A DNA stretch of 64,000 nt from Parcubacteria group bacterium Gr01-1014_31 (GCA_007376135.1 VMFR01000003.1:75660-139659), one strand, 5' to 3'; shown: positions 38,871-47,488, counted from the stretch's first letter. The notes: generated by a model from the letters alone, not told the origin. Numbers and translations: made by a program.

Positions 38871-39226
38871 GACGGGAGATGGCGGACGATACTATCCAGC
38901 ACGGCATCGCGGTTGTGGTAGATGTCCGTGTTTGTGAAACGAAGCACGGTCATGCCCAGCGACTGGAGATACGCTTGTCGTCGAACGTCGTAGGTGACCG
39001 CGGATGGCGTGACGTGTGAGTCGCCATCAATTTCAATTGCTACGTGCGTCCGCGGGCAGTAGAAATCAACGATGAAAGGGCCGATGCTGACCTGACGACG
39101 GAATTTATAGCCGTTGAGATGTTTGCCGCGCAGGTAATACCACAGTAGAAGTTCGGCGAATGGCATACGGTTTCGCAGTCCGCGCCGCCGTGTTCGTTGT
39201 TCGGTTTGATTGAAAATTTTGGTCAT
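38846..39226 (-). CDS. DUF559 (Vsr-like) endonuclease domain protein
   Basis: LR..M..AE.LLW, KFRRQ, IVDFYC, IEIDGDSH, LRFTN. Confidence 0.92.
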   Translation of the reverse strand: MTKIFNQTEQRTRRRGLRNRMPFAELLLWYYLRGKHLNGYKFRRQVSIGPFIVDFYCPRTHVAIEIDGDSHVTPSAVTYDVRRQAYLQSLGMTVLRFTNTDIYHNRDAVLDSIVRHLPSPPLTPPS

Positions 39227-39262
39227 CGTTTTACGTCTTTTAACCCCCAGGATACAACGTAT

Positions 39263-39370
39263 CCACCCCCTCTAGCTCCCCCTTCGTAAGGGGGAGAATA
39301 TTTCGCAAGGGGAGGAACTTTTTATATCGTCAGTTCTTCCCCTCCTTACGAAGGAGGGGGTAGGGGAGGT
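39263..39370. repeat. Two further REP-like copies in opposite orientation
   Basis: 39263-39298 CCCCCTTCGTAAGGGGG and 39337-39370 CCCCTCCTTACGAAGGAGGGGGTAGGGGAGGT. Confidence 0.75.
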
Positions 39371-39666
39371 TATCCGGTGGCATACCATTCGCTCAACCGC
39401 CACGATAGCCGGCGGGTGGAAAAGGCCAGTTTGAAATAGTTGGCGGCGTCGGAAACGTTGAAGTAGTAGATGATATCCTCGCCGTCGCGTTCGCGGTGCA
39501 CCAGGTTGAGTTTCTCGACCTGATATTTTTTTCCGCGCCAGCGAAAAACGAGCGGCATGACTTTGTTGCCGGCAATACGGGGTTTTACGACCGGCCGGTC
39601 AACACAGGCCAAGACCGGAGAAAAGCTGGCCAGGACCTCGATGGGCTCATCAATTACTTCTTGCAT
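39370..39666 (-). CDS. Small beta-rich hypothetical protein in SOS cassette
   Basis: P..FRWRGKKY.V and terminal W.L pattern; co-oriented with lexA and dinB. Confidence 0.75.
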   Translation of the reverse strand: MQEVIDEPIEVLASFSPVLACVDRPVVKPRIAGNKVMPLVFRWRGKKYQVEKLNLVHRERDGEDIIYYFNVSDAANYFKLAFSTRRLSWRLSEWYATG

Positions 39667-39740
39667 AGCAGGATGGTGGTAGCAAATTTATCATGCCGGC
39701 GATTTCCTTGATTCTTACTTCCTGCTTCTTGATTCTTCCG

Positions 39741-39854
39741 TTAGACGCACCAGCAGGGGAGCGTGCGGTTGCGGGCAAAGATCCGCCGCAGGCGCTTGTG
39801 CTGCATGTAGTCAAAGCAGTAGCGCCAGAGCAGTTTGTTGATGGCTTTTGCCAT
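39741..39854 (-). CDS. 37-aa basic peptide, not in ORF track
   Basis: MAKAINKLLWRYCFDYMQHKRLRRIFARNRTLPCWCV, starting 19 nt after the lexA stop. Confidence 0.5.
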   Translation of the reverse strand: MAKAINKLLWRYCFDYMQHKRLRRIFARNRTLPCWCV

Positions 39855-39873
39855 AGATAATTAATGTTACGTG

Positions 39874-40497
39874 TTAGGTGGTTTGGAATTTTCTGATGAT
39901 GCCCCGCACCACGCCCTGGATCAGGGGGTCTTTGGCGTAGATGGGCTGCATCGCGGCGTTGGCCGGCTGTAGCCGGATGCGGTTTTGCTCGCGGTAGAAT
40001 TTTTTTAACGTGGCGTAGGCGTTGTCCAGCAGTGCCACCACCACGTCGCCGTTCTTGGGACTCGGATTGCGCTGCACGATGACTAGGTCGCCGTCCAATA
40101 TCCCTTCATTCACCATGGACTGTCCGCGGACCTTCAGCACGTAGGTGTTGGCAGGGTCGGCGACCAGGTCGGCGGGCACGGCGATGGCCTCGTTGCTGTC
40201 GGCCGCTGCGTCGGTGTCGATGGGTTTACCGGCGGTGATGAGGCCGGCGAGCGGCACTAGCACGGCCCTGGAGATATTCAGCGCGGCGTTGATGGGCTGC
40301 AGTGCGCCACCGCGGCCGCCTGGCAGCTTGAGGTAGCCCTTGGCTTCCAGGGTAGCCAGGTGCTCGGCCACGGTGGCCTTCGACCGCAGTTTGAAATTTT
40401 TAGCGATCTCCTCGTAGGTGGGGGAGTACCCCTCGCCTTGGAGAGTGCCCAGAACGTATTTCAGGATGGCCGATTGTTTTTTGGTAAGCGATTTCAT
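39874..40497 (-). CDS. lexA: LexA repressor
   Basis: LTKKQ..IL, PTYEEI, Ala-Gly site in TAGKPI, GQSM, ATLKK, LQPAN. Confidence 0.95.
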   Translation of the reverse strand: MKSLTKKQSAILKYVLGTLQGEGYSPTYEEIAKNFKLRSKATVAEHLATLEAKGYLKLPGGRGGALQPINAALNISRAVLVPLAGLITAGKPIDTDAAADSNEAIAVPADLVADPANTYVLKVRGQSMVNEGILDGDLVIVQRNPSPKNGDVVVALLDNAYATLKKFYREQNRIRLQPANAAMQPIYAKDPLIQGVVRGIIRKFQTT

Positions 40498-40521
40498 GTG
40501 CTTTAGGTTACGTGTTCCATA

Positions 40522-40550
40522 ACGATAACCGAACAAAAACCGAACGTCAA
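40522..40550 (-). promoter_or_regulatory. lexA promoter containing a direct-repeat operator
   Basis: Minus strand TTGACG-N17-TATCGT with TTCGG-N6-TTCGG filling the spacer. Confidence 0.75.
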
Positions 40551-40563
40551 GTGGATAACTATA

Positions 40564-40582
40564 ATTGCAAACCATTCGCAAT
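40564..40582. promoter_or_regulatory. Putative Fur/Zur box
   Basis: ATTGCAAA-CCA-TTCGCAAT imperfect palindrome just upstream of the Fur-family gene. Confidence 0.6.
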
Positions 40583-40599
40583 AGTCGTATGGTGACGGT

Positions 40600-40989
40600 A
40601 TGAGTGAGTATCTCGCGCGGGTCCGTCAGGCTGGCTGCCGTCTCACCAAAGCACGGCGGGCGGTCATCGCGTACCTGCAGGCGCATGATGAGCCGCAGAC
40701 CGCCGCAACGGTTCACCGGGGCCTGCGGGGGATGCGGACCGACCTGGCGTCGGTGTACCGGACGCTGGAGCTGCTGGAGCGGCTCGGGGTGGTGAGCCGA
40801 GAATCGGACGGCAAGACCGCTGCCTACGCGCTTGCCGACCACCATCACCATCATATCGTCTGCCGCGGCTGCCATCGTAAAACGTGCCTGCCCTGCGCGC
40901 TGCGCCTGCCCTCGCCGCGCGGGTTTTCCGCCGTCCAGCACCAGGTCGTGCTGACGGGTGTGTGCGCCAGTTGCGCACAATCGTCGTAA
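40600..40989 (+). CDS. Fur-family transcriptional repressor (Zur-like)
   Basis: RLTKAR, SVYRTL, HHHHIVC..C, GVCASC. Confidence 0.92.
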   Translation: MSEYLARVRQAGCRLTKARRAVIAYLQAHDEPQTAATVHRGLRGMRTDLASVYRTLELLERLGVVSRESDGKTAAYALADHHHHHIVCRGCHRKTCLPCALRLPSPRGFSAVQHQVVLTGVCASCAQSS

Positions 40990-40994
40990 TATCT

Positions 40995-41717
40995 ATGTCC
41001 GTCAAGACCCCGGCCGCTATTGACGCCCACCATCTGACCGTCCGCTTCGGCCGCGAGACCGTCCTGGATGATGTGACGTTTTCGTTGGCGCGGGGGGAGA
41101 TCGTCGCGGTCATCGGTCCCAACGGTTCAGGCAAGACGACGCTGCTCCAGGCCGTCCTCGGGTTGCAGCCGTACGAGGGTATCATCCGCGTATTCGGCAA
41201 GCCGGTACGGGAAACGCTCGGCAGGATCGGCTACGTGCCGCAGCGGTTCGCTTTCGACCGGACCTTTCCCCTGACGGTCGGCGAATTTTTGCGGCTGCGC
41301 GGCGCCAAACCCAAGCACCGCGACTGGCGCCAGGCGGTGCTCGCTGAGGTCAACTTGACCGGCGGCGAAAGCCAGCCCGTCGGAGAACTCTCCGGCGGCG
41401 AGCTGCAACGATTGCTGATCGCCAACGCCTTGATGGGGGAGCCCGAATTGCTGCTGCTGGATGAGCCGACTGCCGGCGTGGATGTGGCTGGCGAGCGCGG
41501 GTTCTATGAGCTGGTCGCTCATCTGCACCGCAGCCATCAGATGACCGTGCTGATGGTATCCCATGACTTGGCGATGGTGGCGCGACAGGCGACCAAGATC
41601 ATCTGTCTGAACCGCGAATTGGTGTGTTTCGGACCGCCCGCGCAGGCCATTGCCCCCGACGTGCTGCGCCAGCTGTACGGCGAAGGCGCGCACATCGCCG
41701 CGCATCACCCCCATTGA
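40995..41717 (+). CDS. Zn/Mn ABC transporter ATPase (ZnuC-like)
   Basis: GPNGSGKT, IGYVPQ, LSGGELQR, LLDEP, SHD. Confidence 0.92.
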   Translation: MSVKTPAAIDAHHLTVRFGRETVLDDVTFSLARGEIVAVIGPNGSGKTTLLQAVLGLQPYEGIIRVFGKPVRETLGRIGYVPQRFAFDRTFPLTVGEFLRLRGAKPKHRDWRQAVLAEVNLTGGESQPVGELSGGELQRLLIANALMGEPELLLLDEPTAGVDVAGERGFYELVAHLHRSHQMTVLMVSHDLAMVARQATKIICLNRELVCFGPPAQAIAPDVLRQLYGEGAHIAAHHPH

Positions 41718-41718
41718 T

Positions 41719-42525
41719 ATGCTGCCGACCGGATCTCTCGCCTTGCCGCTGCTCGCCAGCATCGCGCTCGCCGCGGTGTTGTCGTGGCTGGGCGTGTTCG
41801 TGGTGATGAAGAAAATGTCGTTCATTGCCGACGGTATCGCCCATGCCAGTTTGGCGGGGGTCGCGCTGGGAGTTTTGTTCCATGCCGATCCGCTGTACAC
41901 GGCCCTGGCGTTCAGCTTGGGCGTCGGGGTCGTGATCTACTATCTTGAGCGCCGGACCACGCTGCCGGTGGACACCATCATCACGCTGCTGTTCACCGCC
42001 AGCCTCGCGGTCGGCATTTTGCTGATGAGCCGCGAGGGCGGCGACGTGGAGGCGCTGGAGAAGTCGCTGTTCGGCGATGCCGCCGCCATCGGTTGGTCCG
42101 AAGTGGTAACCGTGGCGGTGCTGGCACTGGGCGAGGTGCTGTTTCTCACCCGCTACTACCAGCGGCTCGCGCTGATGATCTTTGACCGTGCCAGCGCGTA
42201 CGTGGCCGGTATCCGGGTGGAACGGCTGCAGCTGGGTTTCTACCTGGCGCTGGTGGTGGCGATTGTCCTGGGCATTAAGATCTTTGGCGTGCTGCTGGTT
42301 GGCGCCTTGATGGTCATTCCCGCGTCGGCGGCAAAATTGGTGTCACGCTCGTTCCACGGCGCCATTGCCTTGTCGGCGATATTTTCCATACTGATCGTGG
42401 GGAGCGGCATGCCGCTGGCGTACGCGTTCGACCTGCCCGCCAGCGCGGTCGTGGTACTCACCGGCGTCATCCTCTTCACCTTCATGATGGGCGTTTCCCG
42501 CTTCGTGTTCGCCCGGCGTTCCTGA
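41719..42525 (+). CDS. Zn/Mn ABC transporter permease (ZnuB-like)
   Basis: ADGIAHASLAG, LFGD, GVLLVGALMVIPA. Confidence 0.92.
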   Translation: MLPTGSLALPLLASIALAAVLSWLGVFVVMKKMSFIADGIAHASLAGVALGVLFHADPLYTALAFSLGVGVVIYYLERRTTLPVDTIITLLFTASLAVGILLMSREGGDVEALEKSLFGDAAAIGWSEVVTVAVLALGEVLFLTRYYQRLALMIFDRASAYVAGIRVERLQLGFYLALVVAIVLGIKIFGVLLVGALMVIPASAAKLVSRSFHGAIALSAIFSILIVGSGMPLAYAFDLPASAVVVLTGVILFTFMMGVSRFVFARRS

Positions 42526-42584
42526 GTCCGCACGAAAAAAAGATCCAGGGTGTTTGCCCGGATCTTTTATTGCACCACCGGACC

Positions 42585-42740
42585 TTACGCCAGCCGGACG
42601 GCGGCGATCATGAGGCCGATGCTGGTGGTGACCGCCAGGACGACCGCGGTCCATGCCACCACTTTGGCGACAAAGTATTCGGTCGGCCGCGGCTTGCTGC
42701 GGATGAAACGTTGCCCGAGCGCTTTGAGCGGGTTTTGCAT
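42585..42740 (-). CDS. Small membrane protein
   Basis: 51 aa, basic N-terminus plus one TM; follows the LOG-family gene. Confidence 0.55.
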   Translation of the reverse strand: MQNPLKALGQRFIRSKPRPTEYFVAKVVAWTAVVLAVTTSIGLMIAAVRLA

Positions 42741-42756
42741 AGGCCGGAGAGAGAGG

Positions 42757-43380
42757 TTATTGTTCTTGGTCGTCCGACGGGTAGTGCGCGTGGTCGCGGC
42801 CTTTCTTGATCTCACGGATGACCGCCGCCACCAGGCGCTTGGGGTCATGCTCGAACACGATATGCAGCTTCCCGCGTTTCGCGGCCTTCAGGATATCTCT
42901 GATCTCTTTCGTGATACCGCCGGAGTCATCCAGCACGCCGATGACCTTTTTATCCTCGAAGGCGACCGTGAATTCGTTCAGGGTGCCGATGCGGCCGCAG
43001 ACGATGATGACGGCGTCGCTAGAGCGGGTCAAGAGGAGGTTTCTCGCCGCATAGCCCGAGCCGGTGAAGATGATGAGGTCGCTGTATTGGAGCGGCAGCC
43101 GGTACTTGCGGGTGTGCTCCGACGACGTGGAAGCGGGGGAGAACCCGATACAGGTGCCGCCGGCCAGTTTGCAGCCCTTGGCGGCCAGTTGCGGGATGCC
43201 GGTGGTGGCGCCGTGCGTCAGGATGGCGCCGACGCGGGCGATCTCGCGGCCGATGGCAATGGCCTTGTCGCCGGCGAGTTCCAGGCATTCGCCCTGGGCG
43301 GCGCCGGAGACGCAGAGCTTCAGGCTGGGTGCGTAGCGGTGGTTGGACTTAGCGCGACGGCGGATTTTGGTAGGCGTCAT
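42757..43380 (-). CDS. LOG/SLOG family protein (TIGR00725-like)
   Basis: GATTG.P, IFTG.G..RN, G.IGTLNEF. Confidence 0.85.
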   Translation of the reverse strand: MTPTKIRRRAKSNHRYAPSLKLCVSGAAQGECLELAGDKAIAIGREIARVGAILTHGATTGIPQLAAKGCKLAGGTCIGFSPASTSSEHTRKYRLPLQYSDLIIFTGSGYAARNLLLTRSSDAVIIVCGRIGTLNEFTVAFEDKKVIGVLDDSGGITKEIRDILKAAKRGKLHIVFEHDPKRLVAAVIREIKKGRDHAHYPSDDQEQ

Positions 43381-44011
43381 GGGCAAGGGTGGTCAATTGT
43401 TGAAAAGTGGAGGAAAATCCTTTGGGATGGAGGGCGCTGCCGATGACGAGGAGGTTGGCGCCGGCGGCGGCGAGCTGCGCGACGGTTGCAAGATTGGCGC
43501 CGCCGTCGACTTCGACGTTGCCGTGGGGGTGGATCTGGCGCGCCAGCTTCAACCGCGGCACGGTTTCGGGCAGCAGCGGCTGGCCGCCCCAGCCGGGCTT
43601 GACCCCCATGATCAGCAGGGTATCGGTCAGTCCGAGGAACGGTTGGGCCGCTTCCACCGGCGTTTCGGGGTTCAGTGCGATGCCGGCGAGTTTTCCCAAC
43701 TGGCCGATTGCTTGCAGAATGCGGCGAGGTTCCTGCGTCGTTTCCAGGTGGAAGATGATTTTTTTTACCCACGGGTAGTGCCAGCGGGAGATCTCGTCGG
43801 TGGTGACGTTGGTCATCAGGTGGACCTCGAACGCGAGCCGCGGCTTGCAGCCGTCAATGAATTCCGGGTCGTGGAAAGTTTGGGTCGGCACGAACGTTCC
43901 GTCGGCCACATCCAGCTGCGTCCAAGCAACCTCATGGCGCGAAAGCAGCGAGATGCGGCTGCGGCATTTTGCTGCCGTCGGTACCAGGATGGAAGGGATG
44001 ATCTCTACCAT
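43349..44011 (-). CDS. rpe: Ribulose-phosphate 3-epimerase
   Basis: IIPSIL, LDVADGTFVP, EVHLM, MGVKPGWGGQ, VDGG. Confidence 0.92.
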   Translation of the reverse strand: MVEIIPSILVPTAAKCRSRISLLSRHEVAWTQLDVADGTFVPTQTFHDPEFIDGCKPRLAFEVHLMTNVTTDEISRWHYPWVKKIIFHLETTQEPRRILQAIGQLGKLAGIALNPETPVEAAQPFLGLTDTLLIMGVKPGWGGQPLLPETVPRLKLARQIHPHGNVEVDGGANLATVAQLAAAGANLLVIGSALHPKGFSSTFQQLTTLAHDAYQNPPSR

Positions 44012-44024
44012 AACAGCCGTTCGG

Positions 44025-44477
44025 TTAGCGGCCGAGTTTGGACAGCATCGCGACGCGGCGCTGGTGCCTGGGGATACGGCTTTCCTCAGTCTTCAGCCAG
44101 GCGGAGAGGATCTGGCGCGCGCGCGGCAGCGTGGTTTCCCAGGCGGCGAGCACCAGGACGTTGGCATGGTCGTCATGACGTGCCATTTTTGCCGAGAACG
44201 GGGAGCCGCACAGGACCGCGCGTACCCGCCGGTTGCGATTGGCCGCAATGGCCATGCCATGCCCGGAACCGCAGATGAGCACGCCCAGCCCGCGTCCGCG
44301 CGCCACCGCTTGGGCGACGGCCGCCGCGAACACCGGGTAGTCGTCGCGGGGGTCGAGAGTTTTGGCTCCCAAGTCAACCACGCGGCGCCCCCGGCGGGAT
44401 ATCCAGGCGCCAAGCCGTTGCTTGAGGCGAAAGCCGTTGTGGTCGGCGCCAAAAAATATGGAAGGAGTGGTGTGCAT
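44025..44477 (-). CDS. rpiB: Ribose-5-phosphate isomerase B
   Basis: GADHNGF.LK, DDYP, LICGSGHG.AIAAN, RHQRRV. Confidence 0.93.
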   Translation of the reverse strand: MHTTPSIFFGADHNGFRLKQRLGAWISRRGRRVVDLGAKTLDPRDDYPVFAAAVAQAVARGRGLGVLICGSGHGMAIAANRNRRVRAVLCGSPFSAKMARHDDHANVLVLAAWETTLPRARQILSAWLKTEESRIPRHQRRVAMLSKLGR

Positions 44478-44522
44478 ACCCCTCCCTCTAGTATAGCGGA
44501 GCCGCGGCTCGTCGGCTACGCA

Positions 44523-45245
44523 TTACCAGAACACCAGTTTGAGGCCCACCGCCAGCAGCGCCGCCAGCACCACCTTGCGGAATGCCGCGGCCGGGATGAC
44601 CGCGACGAGTCTTCGTCCTACCCAGGTTCCCAGGAAGCTGCAGGGAACGGCCAAGGCCATGACTTGCAGCAGGTGAGCGTTGAGGTGAACGTCGTTGCTC
44701 AGGTAGATGGGGATGCGCGTGACGTCGGTGACGATGGCCAGCAGCGCGGCGGTCGCTATGTACGTTTCCTTCGGCAGACCGAATGCATTCAGGAACAGCG
44801 AGCGCAGCGCTCCACCGGTGCCGAGGATCCCTGCCGACAACCCCGAGCCCATGCCGCCGACGAGCGCCACCCGCAGTTTTGGCGGGAGCGTGACCAGGCG
44901 GTGGGTAAGCGAATAGGCGGCAAATCCGACCAGGAACAGACCGAGCAGAAGTTCCAGGGCCTTGGTGTCAAGGTTCGCCCACAGCGTGGCCCCGAGGTAG
45001 GAGAATACCACGCTGGCGGCGCCGAAGGGGACGAACACCTCCCACTGGATGGTCCGGAACAGGAAGATCTTGAAGCAGTTGCCGATAACATGTAGCATCG
45101 CCACGACCAGGATCGCCGCTTTGACGTCCAAAAAAAACGACGCCGCCGGCGTGAGCGTGGTGGCGGTGCCAAATCCCGCGACGGTTCCTATGAAGTCGGC
45201 GACGAACACGACCCCCAGGAATATGAGGGTGGTGGCGAGTTCCAT
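44523..45245 (-). CDS. TauE/SafE family membrane transporter
   Basis: GTVAGFG, GILGTGG, multiple TM segments. Confidence 0.88.
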   Translation of the reverse strand: MELATTLIFLGVVFVADFIGTVAGFGTATTLTPAASFFLDVKAAILVVAMLHVIGNCFKIFLFRTIQWEVFVPFGAASVVFSYLGATLWANLDTKALELLLGLFLVGFAAYSLTHRLVTLPPKLRVALVGGMGSGLSAGILGTGGALRSLFLNAFGLPKETYIATAALLAIVTDVTRIPIYLSNDVHLNAHLLQVMALAVPCSFLGTWVGRRLVAVIPAAAFRKVVLAALLAVGLKLVFW

Positions 45246-45366
45246 ACATTCCAGTGTACGGCGACTCGCAGCGGCAGGAAAGGGCGGTCAAAGGGGATAA
45301 GTACCCGGCAACCTCGATAACCATCAATGCATTTCTTGGCTCACCGCAGGCGAAAGAAAACAGGGA

Positions 45367-45395
45367 TTGACGGGAATCATCCTGCGTGCTAGGCT
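45367..45395 (+). promoter_or_regulatory. sigma70-type promoter
   Basis: TTGACG-N17-TAGGCT. Confidence 0.6.
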
Positions 45396-45420
45396 TGTCA
45401 CAACCTTGACAGTTGAATAC

Positions 45421-45557
45421 GGATTATCAAGAGCGTCGCTTGCTTGTCCCGCGTTCGCGGGGCAGAAAGGGTACTGGCCCGATAGCGACCAGCAACTCGA
45501 CCCTCATGCTTGGGGGTGCCAGAGTGCTAACTCCAGCCCATGCGGGGAAGATAATCG
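45421..45557 (+). ncRNA. SAM-I (S-box) riboswitch aptamer
   Basis: P1 GATTATC/GATAATC, AAGAG, ACTGGCCCGAT, CAGCAAC, GTGCTAACTCC, GAAGATAA; upstream of methionine-metabolism genes. Confidence 0.88.
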
Positions 45558-45566
45558 CAAGCGAAA

Positions 45567-45627
45567 GCTCTTGTCCCCAAGAGTTTTTTGATTGACGTAA
45601 TGACCCTTCCCGACGGAAGGGTTTTTT
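45567..45627 (+). terminator. Two tandem terminator hairpins (expression platform)
   Basis: GCTCTTG-TCCC-CAAGAGT+T5 and ACCCTTCC-CGAC-GGAAGGGT+T5. Confidence 0.75.
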
Positions 45628-45676
45628 CGTCAGTTGCATTCTGTTGTCCTTTATGACCACCAGAGGAGTATACGTC

Positions 45677-46510
45677 ATGCACTTTTCCATCAACCGTTTG
45701 CTGCCGCCCGACCTGCAGTGCGAGGGCAGCGGAGACCTTGTCGTGCCCCCATGGGCGTTCCAGCCCGATGCCTGGAGCTTCGCCTTTCTCCGCGGGTTGC
45801 GGCGGGAAGCGACCGCGCTGAACGGGAAGAAGGTCTGGGAGATCGGCGTTGGCACCGGGCTCAACCTGATGCTATTGGCGCAGTGGTGCCCGCGATCCGT
45901 CTTTTACTTCTCCGACCTCAACCCGGACTGCACGCCGTTGGCCCGGCGCAACATCGGCGATCAGCTCGATGGCCGCGGCCGTCCGCTCGAGGGCCAGTGG
46001 GACCTCGTTTCCCGCCTCGATCGGGCGAGCGTGCCGCCCCGCGTTGATGCGGTCATCGCCTGCATTCCGCAGGTACCCACGGCGCTTGACCTCTCGGTGG
46101 GCGATAACCTTGCCCACTACTACCGCCCGGAACACTACCGGGAGGCTCACCTGCACGCGCTCGGACTCGGTCTCAATGAGGCATTGCTCCGGCGGGCCCG
46201 CAGCGTGCTGGCTCCGGGCGGTCAGGTGATCCTGAACCTTGGCGGTCGGCCAGGGGTCGCCCGACTGGTCGCGATGTTCCAGGAATGCGGGTATCGCTGT
46301 CGGACCGTCCATGAGGAGGTCATTCCGCAGCACCGCGAGACCTCGCTTTCCACCCTTGCCGGCCTGGAAGCCGGTGGTCAGGAGGACTTCGAGTTCTTCG
46401 CTGACGCGTCAGCAACGATGCGCATCAACGCCCGCGTGGCCGAGCCCCGTCGGTTGGCGAGCCAGCCGGTCTTCCACAAGATCTACGTGGTCGCCGGTAG
46501 CGCCGCGTAA
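45677..46510 (+). CDS. Methionine S-methyltransferase (plant MMT N-terminal domain / MmtN-like)
   Basis: F.P..WS..F..GL, EIGVGTG, SDLNP, ACIPQ, GLGL, NLGGRPG, T.LS.L..LE, FEFF; SD GAGGAG. Confidence 0.82.
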   Translation: MHFSINRLLPPDLQCEGSGDLVVPPWAFQPDAWSFAFLRGLRREATALNGKKVWEIGVGTGLNLMLLAQWCPRSVFYFSDLNPDCTPLARRNIGDQLDGRGRPLEGQWDLVSRLDRASVPPRVDAVIACIPQVPTALDLSVGDNLAHYYRPEHYREAHLHALGLGLNEALLRRARSVLAPGGQVILNLGGRPGVARLVAMFQECGYRCRTVHEEVIPQHRETSLSTLAGLEAGGQEDFEFFADASATMRINARVAEPRRLASQPVFHKIYVVAGSAA

Positions 46511-46590
46511 CGTCCTCGGAGCGGCTGCTGGTCACTCCCGCAGCCGCTCCCACTCTTTTTCTCCACCTGCTCAAGTAACGCGAAAAATCT

Positions 46591-47469
46591 ATGACCCTGC
46601 AAAAAGACCGAGTCTATATCCTGGCGGGCGCGACCGGTAGCGAGATCTTGCGCCGCGGTTTCCCCACCAAGCTGCCGCTGTGGTCAGCCCAGGTATTGTT
46701 TGAGAAACCGGAATTGGTCCGGCAGATCTACGTCGATTATATTCGCGCGGGGGCCGATATTATCGTGACCAATACCTTCCGCACGCAGCGCCGGACGCTC
46801 GCCAAGGCCGGCCGCGCCGATGCGACCGGGCGCATCAATCGCCTGGCGGTGGACCTTGCCCTTCAGGCGCGCGGGGAAGCGGCGGGCGGCCAGCCGGTGC
46901 TCATCGGCGCGAGCATGACGACGCTGGAAGATTGCTACCGGCCGGACTTGCTGCCGACCGCGCAGGAGATGGAAGCCGAGCATCGCGAGCAGGCCCAGCT
47001 TTTAGCGAGCGCGCCGATCGATTTTTTTCTACTGGAAACATTCAACAGCATCCAGGAGGCCGTCATAGCGGCGCGCGCTGCCGCCGCGACTGGCAAACCC
47101 CTGATGGTCAGTTTCACCGCCAATACGCGCGGTGACATTCTGAACGGCGACCAATGGAGTGAGGCGATCCGCCAGGTGGAGGAATTCTCCCCGCTGGCCA
47201 TCATGGTCAACTGCGTACCCCCAGCCGTTGCGACCGCGGCGCTGGAAAAGATCAAACGGAGCACGGCGCTGCCGTTCGGCGCGTATGCCAATGGGGCCGG
47301 CGAAGCCGACACGACCGATGGCTGGAAATTCTCCTCCGGTGACCGCATCGGCCAGTATCTTGACCACTGCCGCGACTGGGCGGATATGGGGGCGACCATC
47401 ATCGGCGGATGCTGCGGGACCAACCACGAGTACACGCGCGCTTACCGCCAGTTCCGGCGTCCGCAGTGA
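46591..47469 (+). CDS. Homocysteine S-methyltransferase family protein
   Basis: GATGSE, LWSA, YIRAGADIIVTNTF, LETF, VNC, YAN, IGGCCG. Confidence 0.92.
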   Translation: MTLQKDRVYILAGATGSEILRRGFPTKLPLWSAQVLFEKPELVRQIYVDYIRAGADIIVTNTFRTQRRTLAKAGRADATGRINRLAVDLALQARGEAAGGQPVLIGASMTTLEDCYRPDLLPTAQEMEAEHREQAQLLASAPIDFFLLETFNSIQEAVIAARAAAATGKPLMVSFTANTRGDILNGDQWSEAIRQVEEFSPLAIMVNCVPPAVATAALEKIKRSTALPFGAYANGAGEADTTDGWKFSSGDRIGQYLDHCRDWADMGATIIGGCCGTNHEYTRAYRQFRRPQ

Positions 47470-47488
47470 CCCGAAAAAAACGCCGTGC

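Noticed and set aside
40498-40980. Extended N-terminus of LexA in the ORF track
   Set aside because: Overlaps the Fur-family gene and the promoter; LexA homology begins at MKSLT
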